A stretch of 63,663 nucleotides of DNA, filler included, from Octopus bimaculoides (GCF_001194135.2; 5 parts of 5 records of this genome joined end to end with filler, not necessarily neighbours in it); one strand, 5' to 3'; positions 1 through 13,010 are shown, counted from the first letter of the whole stretch. Made by a program: numbers and translations. The notes: generated by a model from the sequence alone, not told the origin.

Positions 1-471
1 AGGAGGAGGAGGAGGAGGAGGAGGCGTGGCTAAATGGTGGGAGGGAGGACATTGTGAAGAAAGAGGGGAGGAGGGGGCTTGAGACAAGACGAGATTAAAG
101 AGAGAACGAATGTAAGAGAGAGAAATATGAGTGTGAGAGAAAGAGACGAAGAGGGTGAAGGGGAAAAGGAATGTGCGCGTGTGCAAGGCAGAGATAGATA
201 GAGGGAGGGAGTGAGAGAGATTTACAGAGTGGGGTGAGAAATAGACAGAAAGGGAGAGATAGAAGGAGTGAGAAAGCTATACAGAGGGGTGAGAGATATA
301 TAGAGGGAGTGAGAGATAGAGGGAGTGAGAGATAGAGAGGAGGTGTTAAAATAGAAGACAAAGAAAGAGATAAACGAAGGAAAGGGAGATTGAATGGTGG
401 TGATGGTGAAGGGGAAATAAGGGCTGGAAAGAGAAAGAAACGGGACAAAGGAACGAAGAAAGGGTTAGAAA

Positions 472-515
<44 letters not shown>

Positions 516-590
516 TACAGAAATGAGAGAGAGATAACGATAGAGAGGAAGAAAATGAAAGGAAGAAAGAAGGAAATATTTAGATCCATT
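1..590. repeat. Purine-rich (GA/GGA) low-complexity tract including (GA)n
   Basis: Plus strand is almost all G/A, with (GGA)n at 1-23 and (GA)n at about 482-511. The ORFs over it are low-complexity translations. Confidence 0.9.
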
Positions 591-920
591 TCTTTCTATC
601 CCCTCGTCCCTTATCTATCAATCTATCTACCTATCTATCTACCTACCTATATCTATCTATCTATCTATATTTAAGATATATAGCGGTCAATTGGCAGAGT
701 CGTTAGAGGATCGGATAAATAACGTTTATTGTCGAGGTTCTCCGCGATCTAATTTCGAATCCCATAAGGTCAATCAATATATAAGGTATCGACCTAGGGT
801 TGACTCAGTTGTCTCTCCTCTCACTCGCTCAAACTGTTCCATCTTGGATGTTCAACTGGATTAAGAGAGAGAGAGACGAGGTACCTAAAACAATGAGACC
901 CTGTCAGTGGATAAGCCCAT

Positions 921-966
<46 letters not shown>

Positions 967-975
967 GGCTTATAG

Positions 976-1045
976 GCGCAGAAGTGGCTGTGTGGTAAGT
1001 TGCTTACTTACCAACGGTATGGTCCCGGGTTCAGTCCCACTGCAA
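976..1045 (+). mobile_element. SINE family A, tRNA-like head only
   Basis: GGCGCAGAAGTGGCTGTGTGGTAAG (A-box-like) ... GGTTCAGTCCCACTGC (B-box-like); same head as the full copy at 30061. Confidence 0.8.
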
Positions 1046-1267
1046 TAAGGATATTGTCGTTATTGTTTGGGCCCAGGTCAGTCCTAATCCAGTAAATTTA
1101 CGAGCAAAGGCATTCCAGCACTGGCTACCACGTCAACTTTGCCTTTCAGAGTCGATAATATAGGTACCAGTTGATTACTGAGGGTCCATGTACTTATTTC
1201 CACATCCGAAATTGCTGGCCTTGCGCCAAAATTGGAAACCATTATTATTACAATTATTATTATTGAA

Positions 1268-1410
1268 GACGGTCGAGCTGGCAGAATAGTTAGCGTGCCG
1301 GGCGAAATGCTTAGCGGTATTTCGCCCGTCGCTATGTTCTGAGTTCAAATTCCGCTCAGGTCGACTTTGCATTTCATTCTTTCTAGGTCAATAAATTAAG
1401 TACCAGTGAA
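1268..1410 (+). mobile_element. SINE family B, 5' half
   Basis: GAGCTGGCAGAATAGTTAGC...GAGTTCAAATTCCG (B box), then GTCGACTTTGCATTTCATTC...AAATTAAGTACCAGT; matches the full copy at 39126. Confidence 0.85.
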
Positions 1411-1567
1411 ACTGTTACAAAGTGTTTGTCTCCTTGGCATGGCCAGAATAATCAGGAAAGTATTAGAGAGCTGAAAAGAACGGATAGCATGGTACCGTAG
1501 GCTGCAGGTAGTAAAACCGCCAACACATGCAAAACTAGAAGCTCCATTAAAAAAAAAAAAATTAAAA

Positions 1568-1705
1568 TAATAATCCTTTCCACTGGAAGCACAAGGCCTG
1601 AAATTTTGTGTGGAAGAGGCTAATCGATTTATATCGACCCCACTGCTCAACTGGTACTCATTTTATCGACTTCGGCGGAATTTGAACTCGGAATATAAAG
1701 ACGAA
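1568..1705 (-). mobile_element. SINE family B, 3' part with internal deletion
   Basis: Reverse complement matches the 39126 copy (GCACAAGGCCTGAAATTTT, CAACTGGTACT, GGAATTTGAACTC) and ends in an (ATT)n-like tail. Confidence 0.8.
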
Positions 1706-2923
1706 TATAATGTCACTATGGCCTTTTGTGCGCCGTATTTTTCACTTCCTCTAAGTTTTTTTTCTCCACTTCCCCTGCATAGCTGATACACTCCGGGGAA
1801 AGGCATGGACATCACGGCCTCCTATTTTACTCTTCCTATACACACACACACTTCATATGCTGCTAACGATTGTGCCAGCTCGCTGCCTTCAAGACAACAA
1901 GCGTTTTCCATTAAAAAGAGCAATTACATTAAAACCGATGAGAGAGAAGAGAAAATCTCTTGGTCATTCAGTGAAGAAACGTCTGAGGGAGATAACTCTA
2001 ACTTCACTGTTGCATATATTTCGAAATTTGATTCAAATCATTAACGACGAAGTTTATTTTGTGGTCTAACTGTTTTATTGAATCATGACGCTAACAGCAA
2101 TGATAATAAAGTTGTTTAAGACGAATGGTAGGAGTGGTATGACGAGTGGTTGACTGGTATAGGGCAACGTTCGCAGAGAATTGCTCAAATTTATGGTGCG
2201 ACCTCTTGACAACAGCTGACGAACGAAATTGTGTCGGGGTTGGATCGATTGGTAATTATTGTTGTATTATTGTTAGAAAGTAGAGTCTTTTACTCCGAGT
2301 GTGAGTGTGTGTATGAGAGAGAGAGAGAGAGAGAGATAGAGTGTGGGGTGAGAGAGAAAGGAAGATTTGTGTGAGAGAAAGAGAAACGTGTACTGTGTGT
2401 GCGTTAGAGGGAGACAAGATTGTGTGTATGATGGAGTGAGAGAGAGAGGGGGGAGAGAGAGAGGGGAGAGAGAGAGAGAAAGAGAGAGAGAGAAAGATGT
2501 GCGTTCGTTAACGTGCTTAATCGATAAGTTAAGAAGCACAATTTGAATAACTCTTCGTTAGATGGTTACACCGAGTCTATACACTTTGAGGTGTGCGTGT
2601 GTGTAACAGTTTGTGTCGTGGTTGCCGGGTGAGGCCCACAATTCGAGTGAACCATCGCCAGACGAAATTTAGTCTTTATTTCTCTCCTTACATTCTAAGT
2701 TCAAAATGTTAGCTCTTCTTCGTTTCCAGAATTCCATCGAAGTAAAAGTATTTACCTGGAAAGCTAAAAATAGTGAATGTGTTTTTCCCTCACGAAATGA
2801 AAGTATTTTAAAACGGAACTCAAACAGTAAACAGAAGAGCAACAACCAGCAAGATAATGTTGTTTTTAAATGTGACATTATTAGTGTTGAAGTTGGATTC
2901 ATTAAAATATATCGCTTATATTT

Positions 2924-2991
2924 CTAAAACTAGCAGCCATGCTTTGCTGCTCTCGTTAACATGAATAGCAAAGCATGGCTGCTATTTCTAG
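2924..2991. other. Perfect 18-bp inverted repeat (hairpin) with 18-nt loop
   Basis: TAGCAGCCATGCTTTGCT (2931-2948) is the exact reverse complement of AGCAAAGCATGGCTGCTA (2967-2984). Imperfect pairing extends 7 more bp. Confidence 0.9.
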
Positions 2992-3872
2992 CAAATCGAG
3001 CGAGTACGTAGTAACTTCCTCGTTATTTAGTCCCATGTTATTACCAATCAAGCAGAACTAAGAAAGAAGGAAAGAAAGAAACAAACAAAAACAAAGCTAG
3101 AAAGAAAAACAAATAAAGACAGAAAGAAAGAAAGAAAAAGAAAGAGAGCTTGTTTCTTCACACGTTTAGCCATTGAAAGTATAGGAAGAGGAAGTGGCGG
3201 TCATACATCACCGGTTCTGGTTTTAAGTTTCCAAATAATATCTTGCTTACTTCCATTGTTTCCTGAAACTGTAGGTGTATCCACCAATTACAGAACCGAT
3301 TAGTACCAAATTGTAATTAATGCTTACCTGAAATAAATAAAAAGAAAAACATTAATGGGATGATATTCAGGTGTAGGAGTGGGAGGGTGAGAGGGGTATT
3401 GATAAGAAATGGAAAACAGATCTGGGAATTGATATTGATTTCAAAAGGAAATGAAAGGTAAAATTTATCTGGATGAGAAAAGAAGTTGGAACTGAGAGGG
3501 ACGAAACTAAATACCAAAATGCACTTGGCTCAGCACTGAAGTTGGTGCCATGCAAAGACTGTCAGTGCCACATAAAGCGCACTGGTGATGGTGCGATGTA
3601 AAGGGCACTGGCATGGAACACAAGATATACACACGCATACTGCTATTTTCAATTTTTGCTTTAGTTATGAGCGATAGTGGTGTCCATGAGACCCAGAGGT
3701 TTCAGGTAATGCTGAGTAAGTGCTGTGGATAGAGCATAGTTAAGCTCCAGGTTCGGTGATTATGTGAATAAGGGGTCCAACGTAGGTCATGTATCAGTGT
3801 GTGAATATAAGGATTTCGTAATGAAATAAAAAACCAAGGCTGTGTATAATATAGAACATTTATAAATAGAAG

Positions 3873-3934
3873 GTCTTACAGTTGTTTCCAGGATACCTCT
3901 CATACCGTCTCTTCATCGGAGACGGTATGAGAGG
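3873..3934 (-). ncRNA. Degenerate hammerhead-ribozyme-like motif of Penelope type, overlapped by a perfect 16-bp fold-back
   Basis: Minus strand reads GTCT-CCGATGA...GAAA-CAACTG-TA-AGAC: stem I is GTCT/AGAC, the core has one change from CTGATGA, and helix III is one change from palindromic CAGCTG. The hairpin arms 3896-3911 and 3919-3934 are exact. Confidence 0.5.
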
Positions 3935-3959
3935 ATGGTTAACCATTCTCTCACACATA

Positions 3960-4113
3960 AAAATCACATCCAGTACACCCTAAAGCAGTTGGCATTAGGG
4001 ATGGCATCCAGCTGCAGAAACCAAACCAAAACAGACAACGAAACCTGGTATGGCTCTGGTCAAGCCATCCAACTCATGCCAGCATAAAAAACAGATGATG
4101 ATGATGATGATGT
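3960..4113 (+). mobile_element. RTE LINE 3' UTR fragment (family C) ending in (GAT)n
   Basis: GTTGGCATTAGGGATGGCATCCAGCTG...CCATCCAACTCATGCCAGCAT...(GAT)n; homologous to the UTR of the RTE copy at 49813-50370. Confidence 0.75.
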
Positions 4114-4323
4114 CTACCATTTTCACCATTTCTGACTCTTCGACCACAAAAATAACGGAGAACCTACTTTCAAGAATGTAACACCTTTTGATTTACAATG
4201 TGTGGGTGTAATAACCGTTCTTAGTATTGTTGGCAGCAGCTAATAACCAATTATAGCTTAGTTTGATGGAATAAATCTTTGGTGAAACTGGATTCTTGAG
4301 AGGAGAGTGGAAGTTTATTTCAG

Positions 4324-4378
<55 letters not shown>

Positions 4379-4526
4379 TTCAGAAACATTTTAAAATACA
4401 GATATTCACGCACACATGAAAGCACAAACACACATGCAAGCACATGCACACATGCACAAGCAGACACATGCAAGCACACACACACAAGCACACATGCAAG
4501 TACACATATACACACACATGCACAAG

Positions 4527-4564
<38 letters not shown>

Positions 4565-4673
4565 TTCATACTAAATTAATACACATCCATCTTTGTGTAC
4601 TTAAGTAATACAGCACAAAAAGGAGATTATTTTGACAGGAGAGAGAGAAAAAGAGAGAGAATGAAAGTAGGAG

Positions 4674-4710
<37 letters not shown>

Positions 4711-4944
4711 AAGGGAAAAGAAAGGAGAGAAGGGATGTAAAAGTGAACATTTACAATTGATTACATTTCCTAATTAGCCTTAATTGGAATGGGGAGAATA
4801 GATAATTAGCCCTGTTGGGGTGGGGGAAATAATTAGTCCTAAATAGGGATAAAGAGACTACTTAGGTGAGAACAGAAAGGAAACGGGGGTTTTTTAGATT
4901 TTATTTTTTAAAGTTAATAACAAAGGAAGAAAGAATATTAGATG

Positions 4945-4997
<53 letters not shown>

Positions 4998-5104
4998 CAT
5001 ATATGTGTGTGTATGCACACTCACACATCAACATTTCACATTCATGTTGGCATTGAACATAAGATGTATATACACACACTGCTATTTTCAATTTTTCTTT
5101 ATAA

Positions 5105-5151
<47 letters not shown>

Positions 5152-5425
5152 TCTGTGTGTATATAGAAATATATATATATATATACACAACATATTACCC
5201 GGACATACACACACATATATATACGCACAACATATTACCCGTACATACATACATGTATACACACACACACACACATATATATACACACACACACTGCTTT
5301 TTTCAATCTCATCAATCTTATTTTACAGTAAAATCATATATGTGTGTGTATGTGTATAAAATAAACGTATGTGTGTATATACTGTGTGTGTGAGAGAGCA
5401 TGGATTTCTTTGGGGTTTTTCTATA

Positions 5426-5489
<64 letters not shown>

Positions 5490-6216
5490 TGCTATTTTTC
5501 AATCTTATCAATATTCCTCTTACTTTTACTCTTATATATGAAAGATAACAAAAATGCAAGTTCTTCCCCCCTCCACTCCACGTCCCCCTCCACCCACTGA
5601 CCCTATTTAAAGAGATAAGTGGCTCAAATGTGTGTGTGTGAGGGGTGGGGTGGGGGAGAGATGCAGGGAAGCTTTCAGGAGAAAGTCTCACTCATGAAAA
5701 GGCATTGAAAGGTATAAGTGTGTGCATGTGTGTGTAAGTGTATGTGTGTGTGTGTGTGTAAGTGCGTGTGTGCATGTGTAAGTGTGTGTGTGCATGAGTG
5801 TGTACAGTAGTTTATGCATGTGTGTATGCATGAGTGTGTGCATGCGTGTGCATAGCTACAAAAGAGTGTGTATGCACAAAAGAATACGTGTGTGCATAAG
5901 AGTGCATGCGTATGTGTACTTGTATGTGTGCATGCGTGTATTCGTGAGTGTGTATGTGTGCATGTGTATATATGCATGTGGATAAGAGTGTGTATGTGAG
6001 ATTGGGTTCCTTTAAGATCTTTCTAGAAGCCAAACGGTCTTTTTCCATTATTTCTCCAGATAAAACACTTTAAATTCACTTTTCACTGTGGAGAAGGAGG
6101 AGGGGGAGGGGGAGATATTGGTCCTGATGCTAGTGATGGTGGTGGTGGTGGTGGTGGTGGTGGTGTTGCGGTGGTGATAGTTAAATTTTGTAATTTATGG
6201 CTGTGCAAATGACAGG

Positions 6217-6380
6217 GTTATGGCTGTGGAAGTTAAACCAGTTCACTTGGCAACCTTGGGTTAAGTTCAGTCCCGGTGCAAAACACCTGGGGCAACTGTC
6301 TTCTAGCTCCAGGTCAAGGATTGAAGGCCTTGTGAATAAAATTTGGTAGAGCGGAAACTCAAAGAAGCCTGTCGCACGCC
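6217..6380 (+). mobile_element. SINE family A, head and CORE-like domain (diverged)
   Basis: AGTTCAGTCCC B box, ACCTGGGGCAACTGTCTTCT CORE-like segment, CCTTGTGA...GGAAACT...AAGAAGCCTGTCG. Confidence 0.75.
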
Positions 6381-6662
6381 ACGCATGTGTATGTGTATGC
6401 GTGCGTCTGTGCATCCGCTCGTGTATGCGTGCATGTGGGTGTCTGTTGGTTTATAGGAATAGAATATGAAATTGGGTTTGGATTATGTATGACAGGAGGG
6501 AAGCGATAACTGGATATCATCATCATTTAATAGCTTGATATATGGATATCATCATCATTAGATATCTATGTTCCATGTTGGCATACGTAGGATATCATAG
6601 AATGGTAAGGGAATTTTTTAGTGTAAAAAGATACAAGACCTCACTGCATGTGTGTACTTATG

Positions 6663-6707
<45 letters not shown>

Positions 6708-7973
6708 CACCCCATCAATTATGAGTGTTCCAGTTGATCTGATTAGTGGTGGAGGGACCTCATTTTTCTTTTGTTTGGGTGTTTTTGAAAGTGGAAGTAG
6801 GGAAATAGGGCGTGGGACAAATATGTTTGAGAAGCACTGGTTTAATGTGATCGGAGCAGCAAAACCCTTCGTCTAAACAACAACAACCCTTTAGCTCGAG
6901 ATAATCACTAACCTTTAACCTGGCCCCTCACCCTAGGGGGAACTTATGTGTTTATAGAAAGAGAAAAGATCAGTTGATATCGGGAGATATGAAGATGTAT
7001 CGTGGATGTGTATCAAATGAGAAATGAGAGAAAGACTCGGGGGTTTCTTAAATACCAAACACCAGCCTTAAGGACACCAAAGTTCAGAAATAGAGGGAGT
7101 AACTGGTGAGGGCGGTGGTAGTGATGGCAGTGGTGTTGGTGGTGGTGATAGTGGTGATGGTAGTGGTGGTGATAGTAATGGTGATGCTAGTGGTGGTGAT
7201 AGTAATGGTGATGCTAGTGGTGGTGGTGGTGGTGGTGGTGGTAGTGGTGATGATAATGATGGGGGGAGTAGTAGTGGAGATTGAGATGGTGGTGATGGTG
7301 GTGGTAATGGTTTTTAGCAACAGTGATAGCTGTGGTGGTACTCAATGTGGTGGTCGTGGTAAAATTGCCGACAGTGATGGCTTTTATTTAACCCCAGGCC
7401 AAGCTGATCCAGCAAACCTACGATCAAAGTGCATTTCAGTCCTGGCCACTCCAGTCCCAATTTCTGTTTCTTTCTTTTCTTTTTCAGGCATGGTGTATCT
7501 TGGACTATTTTATCCAATGTATCCATATTTCTTTATGACAATAAGGTGTGATTTGAGAGAAATTTGGCTGACATTTCTGACAGGTCAGACAGGTTAAGGG
7601 TTCCTGTTATAAGAGTGGCCCCTTATACAGAAGAAGCCTGTGTAAATAAATGGATAGGTAAAAGTACGGTAGACATACTGGTTTGATGTTACTAATGGGG
7701 GAACACGGGAGGGGGCACTGAGACAGGGAGCCGAGACAGGGGTGGTGGAGAAGAGACAGGGAGCCGAGACAAGCGAGAAAGATGACTGGAGACAGATTTC
7801 CAAAAGACAAACACAGTCAGAGACTTTTACAAGTAGATGTTAGTTATCTACTTGTGGTACCTCCCATCCTTGTACTGGTACCTTGTGTAAATACAATGTA
7901 TATAGGTGTAAATATATACACACATACAAACGTGTGTGTGTTTTCCACTTTATACATACACAGCAGATATACA

Positions 7974-8011
<38 letters not shown>

Positions 8012-8077
8012 TACAACATGCATTTCTCATATACAAATCTATAAATATATTGTTGCACACACACACACACACACAAA

Positions 8078-8254
8078 GGCATGGCTGTGTGGTAAGAAAC
8101 TTGCTTCCCAACCACATGGTTCCGGGTTCAGTCCCACTGCGTGGAACAGTGCAATAGCCTTATAGTAGAAGACACTTGCCCAAGGTTCCACGCAGTGGGA
8201 CTGAACCCGGAACCATGAGGTTGGGAAGCAAGTTTCTTACCATACAACCATGCC
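8078..8254. mobile_element. Two SINE family A 5' parts in inverted orientation forming a 70-bp-stem hairpin
   Basis: Arm 8078-8147 versus the reverse complement of 8185-8254: 67/70 identical, 37-nt loop. Confidence 0.9.
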
Positions 8255-10439
8255 TGCCTATTTTAAGAAAATATATATGTATATGCATACATACACACAA
8301 AAGACAAAGAGAAAGAATTGGGAGAGAAAGAGCGGTGGCGGGGGTCCTGACACACACACACACATTCTTGTATGTATAAATATGCCTAAATAACCAGTAG
8401 GCAAGAGATAACTCGAAAGAAATATAATGTTTCTTTTTTTCTCTTTCTTAAAATAACAATAAGGATTCCATTGATAACCCTTTACTTATTGACCTAAGGC
8501 CCCTACCCCTAACTGCAACTTCCTCAACTCCACTCACCTTTGTACCCTAACCCACTCCGCTCTCTACATTTGACTGTCTCTGACCCCGTTCCCTTAAATG
8601 TAACAACCTTTTATACGGAGAGAGACAACAGTCTTCCCCTCTACCCAGGTACTGGAGACATCTTCTATTGACAGATCAATGCCATCCTGGCAGCTACACC
8701 ATACTCTCCCGTCCCCCGCCACCCGTTCTATACCTTGCTACAGGAAGAGAAGACTCGAGAAGCTACTTACAAAGAAACCAAGGACAACACACCCTATATT
8801 AACATCAAACTATACATGAGTGTTTATNNNNNNNNNNTATATATATATATATACATACACACACGTGTGTATAAATAACTTTCCTGTTTTGGGTCCTTTT
8901 TAAAAGTGGGTGTGTCTCTTTCGAGACAGAACTTACAAGAAAAACACCTCACGCATCTATGTGTGGATGTGTGCATATACATATATACACATGTATGTGT
9001 GTATGAATACACACACACACACACACACACGAACAACAACAACACCAAACAAACATGAAGAAATACATAACATAGATGTGAAACTTGACTCAAGAGAAAG
9101 TGATATGATTAGGTAAATACCAGGAGGTCAAAGTTGACGATTAGTGACAAAGGAAAGTGTACTGAGAGAAGGACTGGATTAAGAAGATCAGAAAGAGAGA
9201 GAGAGAGAGAGAGAGAGGGGGGGAGGGAGAAGGAATATAAGGTGAATGTTTAGAGAGAGAAGGTTAAATAACAGACATTGTTTATGTTATGTAGTTCAGT
9301 GTTGTTAATATAGGAGTTTTATTAATTTGTGTAATTGTAGANNNNNNNNNNNNNNNNNNNNNNNNNNNNNNNNNNNNNNNNNNNNNNNNNNNNNNNNNNN
9401 NNNNNNNNNNNNNNNNNNNNNNNNNNNNNNNNNNNNNNNNNNNNNNNNNNNNNNNNNNNNNNNNNNNNNNNNNNNNNNNNNNNNNNNNNNNNNNNNNNNN
9501 NNNNNNNNNNNNNNNNNNNNNNNNNNNNNNNNNNNNNNNNNNNNNNNNNNNNNNNNNNNNNNNNNNNNNNNNNNNNNNNNNNNNNNNNNNNNNNNNNNNN
9601 NNNNNNNNNNNNNNNNNNNNNNNNNNNNNNNNNNNNNNNNNNNNNNNNNNNNNNNNNNNNNNNNNNNNNNNNNNNNNNNNNNNNNNNNNNNNNNNNNNNN
9701 NNNNNNNNNNNNNNNNNNNNNNNNNNNNNNNNNNNNNNNNNNNNNNNNNNNNNNNNNNNNNNNNNNNNNNNNNNNNNNNNNNNNNNNNNNNNNNNNNNNN
9801 NNNNNNNNNNNNNNNNNNNNNNNNNNNNNNNNNNNNNNNNNNNNNNNNNNNNNNNNNNNNNNNNNNNNNNNNNNNNNNNNNNNNNNNNNNNNNNNNNNNN
9901 NNNNNNNNNNNNNNNNNNNNNNNNNNNNNNNNNNNNNNNNNNNNNNNNNNNNNNNNNNNNNNNNNNNNNNNNNNNNNNNNNNNNNNNNNNNNNNNNNNNN
10001 NNNNNNNNNNNNNNNNNNNNNNNNNNNNNNNNNNNNNNNNNNNNNNNNNNNNNNNNNNNNNNNNNNNNNNNNNNNNNNNNNNNNNNNNNNNNNNNNNNNN
10101 NNNNNNNNNNNNNNNNNNNNNNNNNNNNNNNNNNNNNNNNNNNNNNNNNNNNNNNNNNNNNNNNNNNNNNNNNNNNNNNNNNNNNNNNNNNNNNNNNNNN
10201 NNNNNNNNNNNNNNNNNNNNNNNNNNNNNNNNNNNNNNNNNNNNNNNNNNNNNNNNNNNNNNNNNNNNNNNNNNNNNNNNNNNNNNNNNNNNNNNNNNNN
10301 NNNNNNNNNNNNNNNNNNNNNNNNNNNNNNATAACCCTGAAACAAAAGAGGAACTTTCCTCCAGGAATCGTACCAAGAGGTTAGCAGGGAACTTAAAACA
10401 CAGCGGCTCATGTTTATTTTGGTGTAGAGCTGGTATAAA

Positions 10440-10486
<47 letters not shown>

Positions 10487-10811
10487 TGAGGAAACTGTGG
10501 TGGTGGTGGTGGTGGGGTGCCAGTTTTTGATGAGAAGAACCTCTGTCCTCAATCATTGAATTGCAGTAGATTATGTTAGTGTTGCCACTGTTAGCGTTTA
10601 GGGAAGAAGAAAAGAGAAGAGACAGATAGGTAGAAAGACATGCATCCAAGCAGTTGGATATAGGTCTATCTATCTGTGTGTGTAGAGAGAGAGAGAGAGA
10701 GATGTAGGTAGATATGTAGAGACATGGATAAACAGATGGATATGTGGGTAGATAGACGGATACATGGATATGGAGATAGTTAGATAGGTAGGTAGTTAGA
10801 GGCAGACAGAC

Positions 10812-10842
<31 letters not shown>

Positions 10843-11560
10843 AAGGTAAGTACATGAGAAGTGATGTAAGGTTTGTAGGTACACAAAAATTGAGGCAAGG
10901 AAGAAATGTGGGTAGTGAGAGCAGAATGCGGTGGGTGGGGGTTAGGGGAGAAAAAGTCTATATTTCTGTTTTGTTCTTTATTTTGAAAAAGATCCATTTT
11001 GATTTGATTTTTTTGTTGTTGTTGTTTCTGCTAAATTTTGTTGTTTTTTTTTTTTTTTGCTTTTTTTGTTTAATTTATTTTCCACCCCACAGACTAAACA
11101 CAACACTTGAGTATCTTTCCATCTGATCTCCTTTGCCCCCTCCCCTCCCCACCCCAACCCCCACCAAATTTGTCCTTGACAAGTGACAGGGTAGGGTCAA
11201 CCCCTCTGGGGATTTATTGTTTACACNNNNNNNNNNNNNNNNNNNNNNNNNNNNNNNNNNNNNNNNNNNNNNNNNNNNNNNNNNNNNNNNNNNNNNNNNN
11301 NNNNNNNNNNNNNNNNNNNNNNNNNNNNNNNNNNNNNNNNNNNNNNNNNNNNNNNNNNNNNNNNNNNNNNNNNNNNNNNNNNNNNNNNNNNNNNNNNNNN
11401 NNNNNNNNNNNNNNNNNNNNNNNNNNNNNNNNNNNNNNNNNNNNNNNNNNNNNNNNNNNNNNNNNNNNNNNNNNNNNNNNNNNNNNNNNNNNNNNNNNNN
11501 NNNNNNNNNNNNNNNNNNNNNNNNNNNNNNNNNNNNNNNNNNNNGGGGGGAAGGGGAGGA

Positions 11561-11929
11561 GTCAATTACTGGTACTTAATTTATTGAACCTGAAAAGATG
11601 AAAGACAAAGTCAACCTCAGCAGAATTTGAACTCAGAACATAAAGACAAATGAAATGCCGTCAAGTGTTTTGCCCAAAGTGCTAATGATTCTGCCAGTTC
11701 GCTGCAACAACCCTTTCCTACCGGAGGCACAAGGCCTCAAATTTGGGGGGAGGGGGACTAGTCGATTACATCGACCCCCACTGTTTCACTGGTGCTTAAT
11801 TCATTGAGACCCTGAAAGTGTGAAAGGCAAAGACAGCCTCAGTGGAATTTGAACTCAGAACGTAGTGGCAGACGAAACGCCGCTAAGCATTTTGCTCGGC
11901 ATGCTAATGATTCTGCCAGCTCGCCACCT
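11561..11929 (-). mobile_element. Two tandem SINE family B copies (about 11561-11705 and 11711-11929) followed by an (AAT)n array
   Basis: Both contain GAATTTGAACTCAGAAC and CTAATGATTCTGCCAG. The second is near full length. Confidence 0.85.
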
Positions 11930-11939
11930 AATAATAATA

Positions 11940-11973
<34 letters not shown>

Positions 11974-12376
11974 ATCTGCAAGTATATGCCAGTCTTGAAA
12001 TATGAAGAATTGTTACAAGACAAGGAAACTGGAACTAAAATATCAAATGTCCTCAAAGATAGCGAAGCAGACTTATAAATAGTGCCAAGGTGAAATCTGT
12101 GTCAAAAAACTGAAGCTGGAAGGATATTGGAGAAGAGGAACACAATTTCAATGTATCTCACTATTTACACAGTCACAGACACACCAACACATACACGCTC
12201 CAAAATTACACACACATATATATTTATATATTAAAATAGGAATATACCTCACCATTTACATATACAGCTACAAACAAATCCAGTCACACACACATTAGAG
12301 TAAGAATAGAAGTTAAATATACATTGTTATTTACATACCCAAGAATACACATATTCACAGGATTGCTTGCTTGCAT

Positions 12377-12445
<69 letters not shown>

Positions 12446-12955
12446 CATAAATATGCACACACACACAGTCATAAATACGTACACACAGTCAAATACATAC
12501 ACACACACATATAGTCAAATACATAATCACAGTCATAAAGGCATACACACCCACATATAGTCATAAATACACACACACACAGGGAAATACATACACACAC
12601 ATACACTTACGTAATATATAAACATGCATAGTCAGGAGACATGATAAATATATCCGATATGGTGGCAGCGACGGTGGGGGAGTGCATGGGTGTGGAGGAG
12701 GAGGGGGGACTGCGGGTGGAAGCGATGGTGAAGAGGAGGCGGAAGAGGAAGAGCTACAGGGATCTTACAAACCAAGCTCGCTCCCACAGTTGCTGATTCA
12801 GTAGCAGCACTGAACGGCAGGGATCAGAGATAACAGTCCCAGGAGGGGCAGTGTGCCGTGCGTAATATCTCCCTTACCTTTATCACTTACTACAGCCCAC
12901 CCGCCCCCACAATCACCTGGCTAAACGAATTGAAACACACACACGCGCACGCGCG

Positions 12956-13010
<55 letters not shown>

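Noticed and set aside
2931-2952. 5' arm begins UAGCAGC, like the miR-15/16 seed
   Set aside because: Similarity stops after 7 nt and that family is not expected in molluscs, so no name is assigned.
8460-8825. C-rich near-open frame (LPQLHSPLYPNP...YINIKLYMSV) with one stop
   Set aside because: May be a LINE relic, but I recognise no diagnostic motif.
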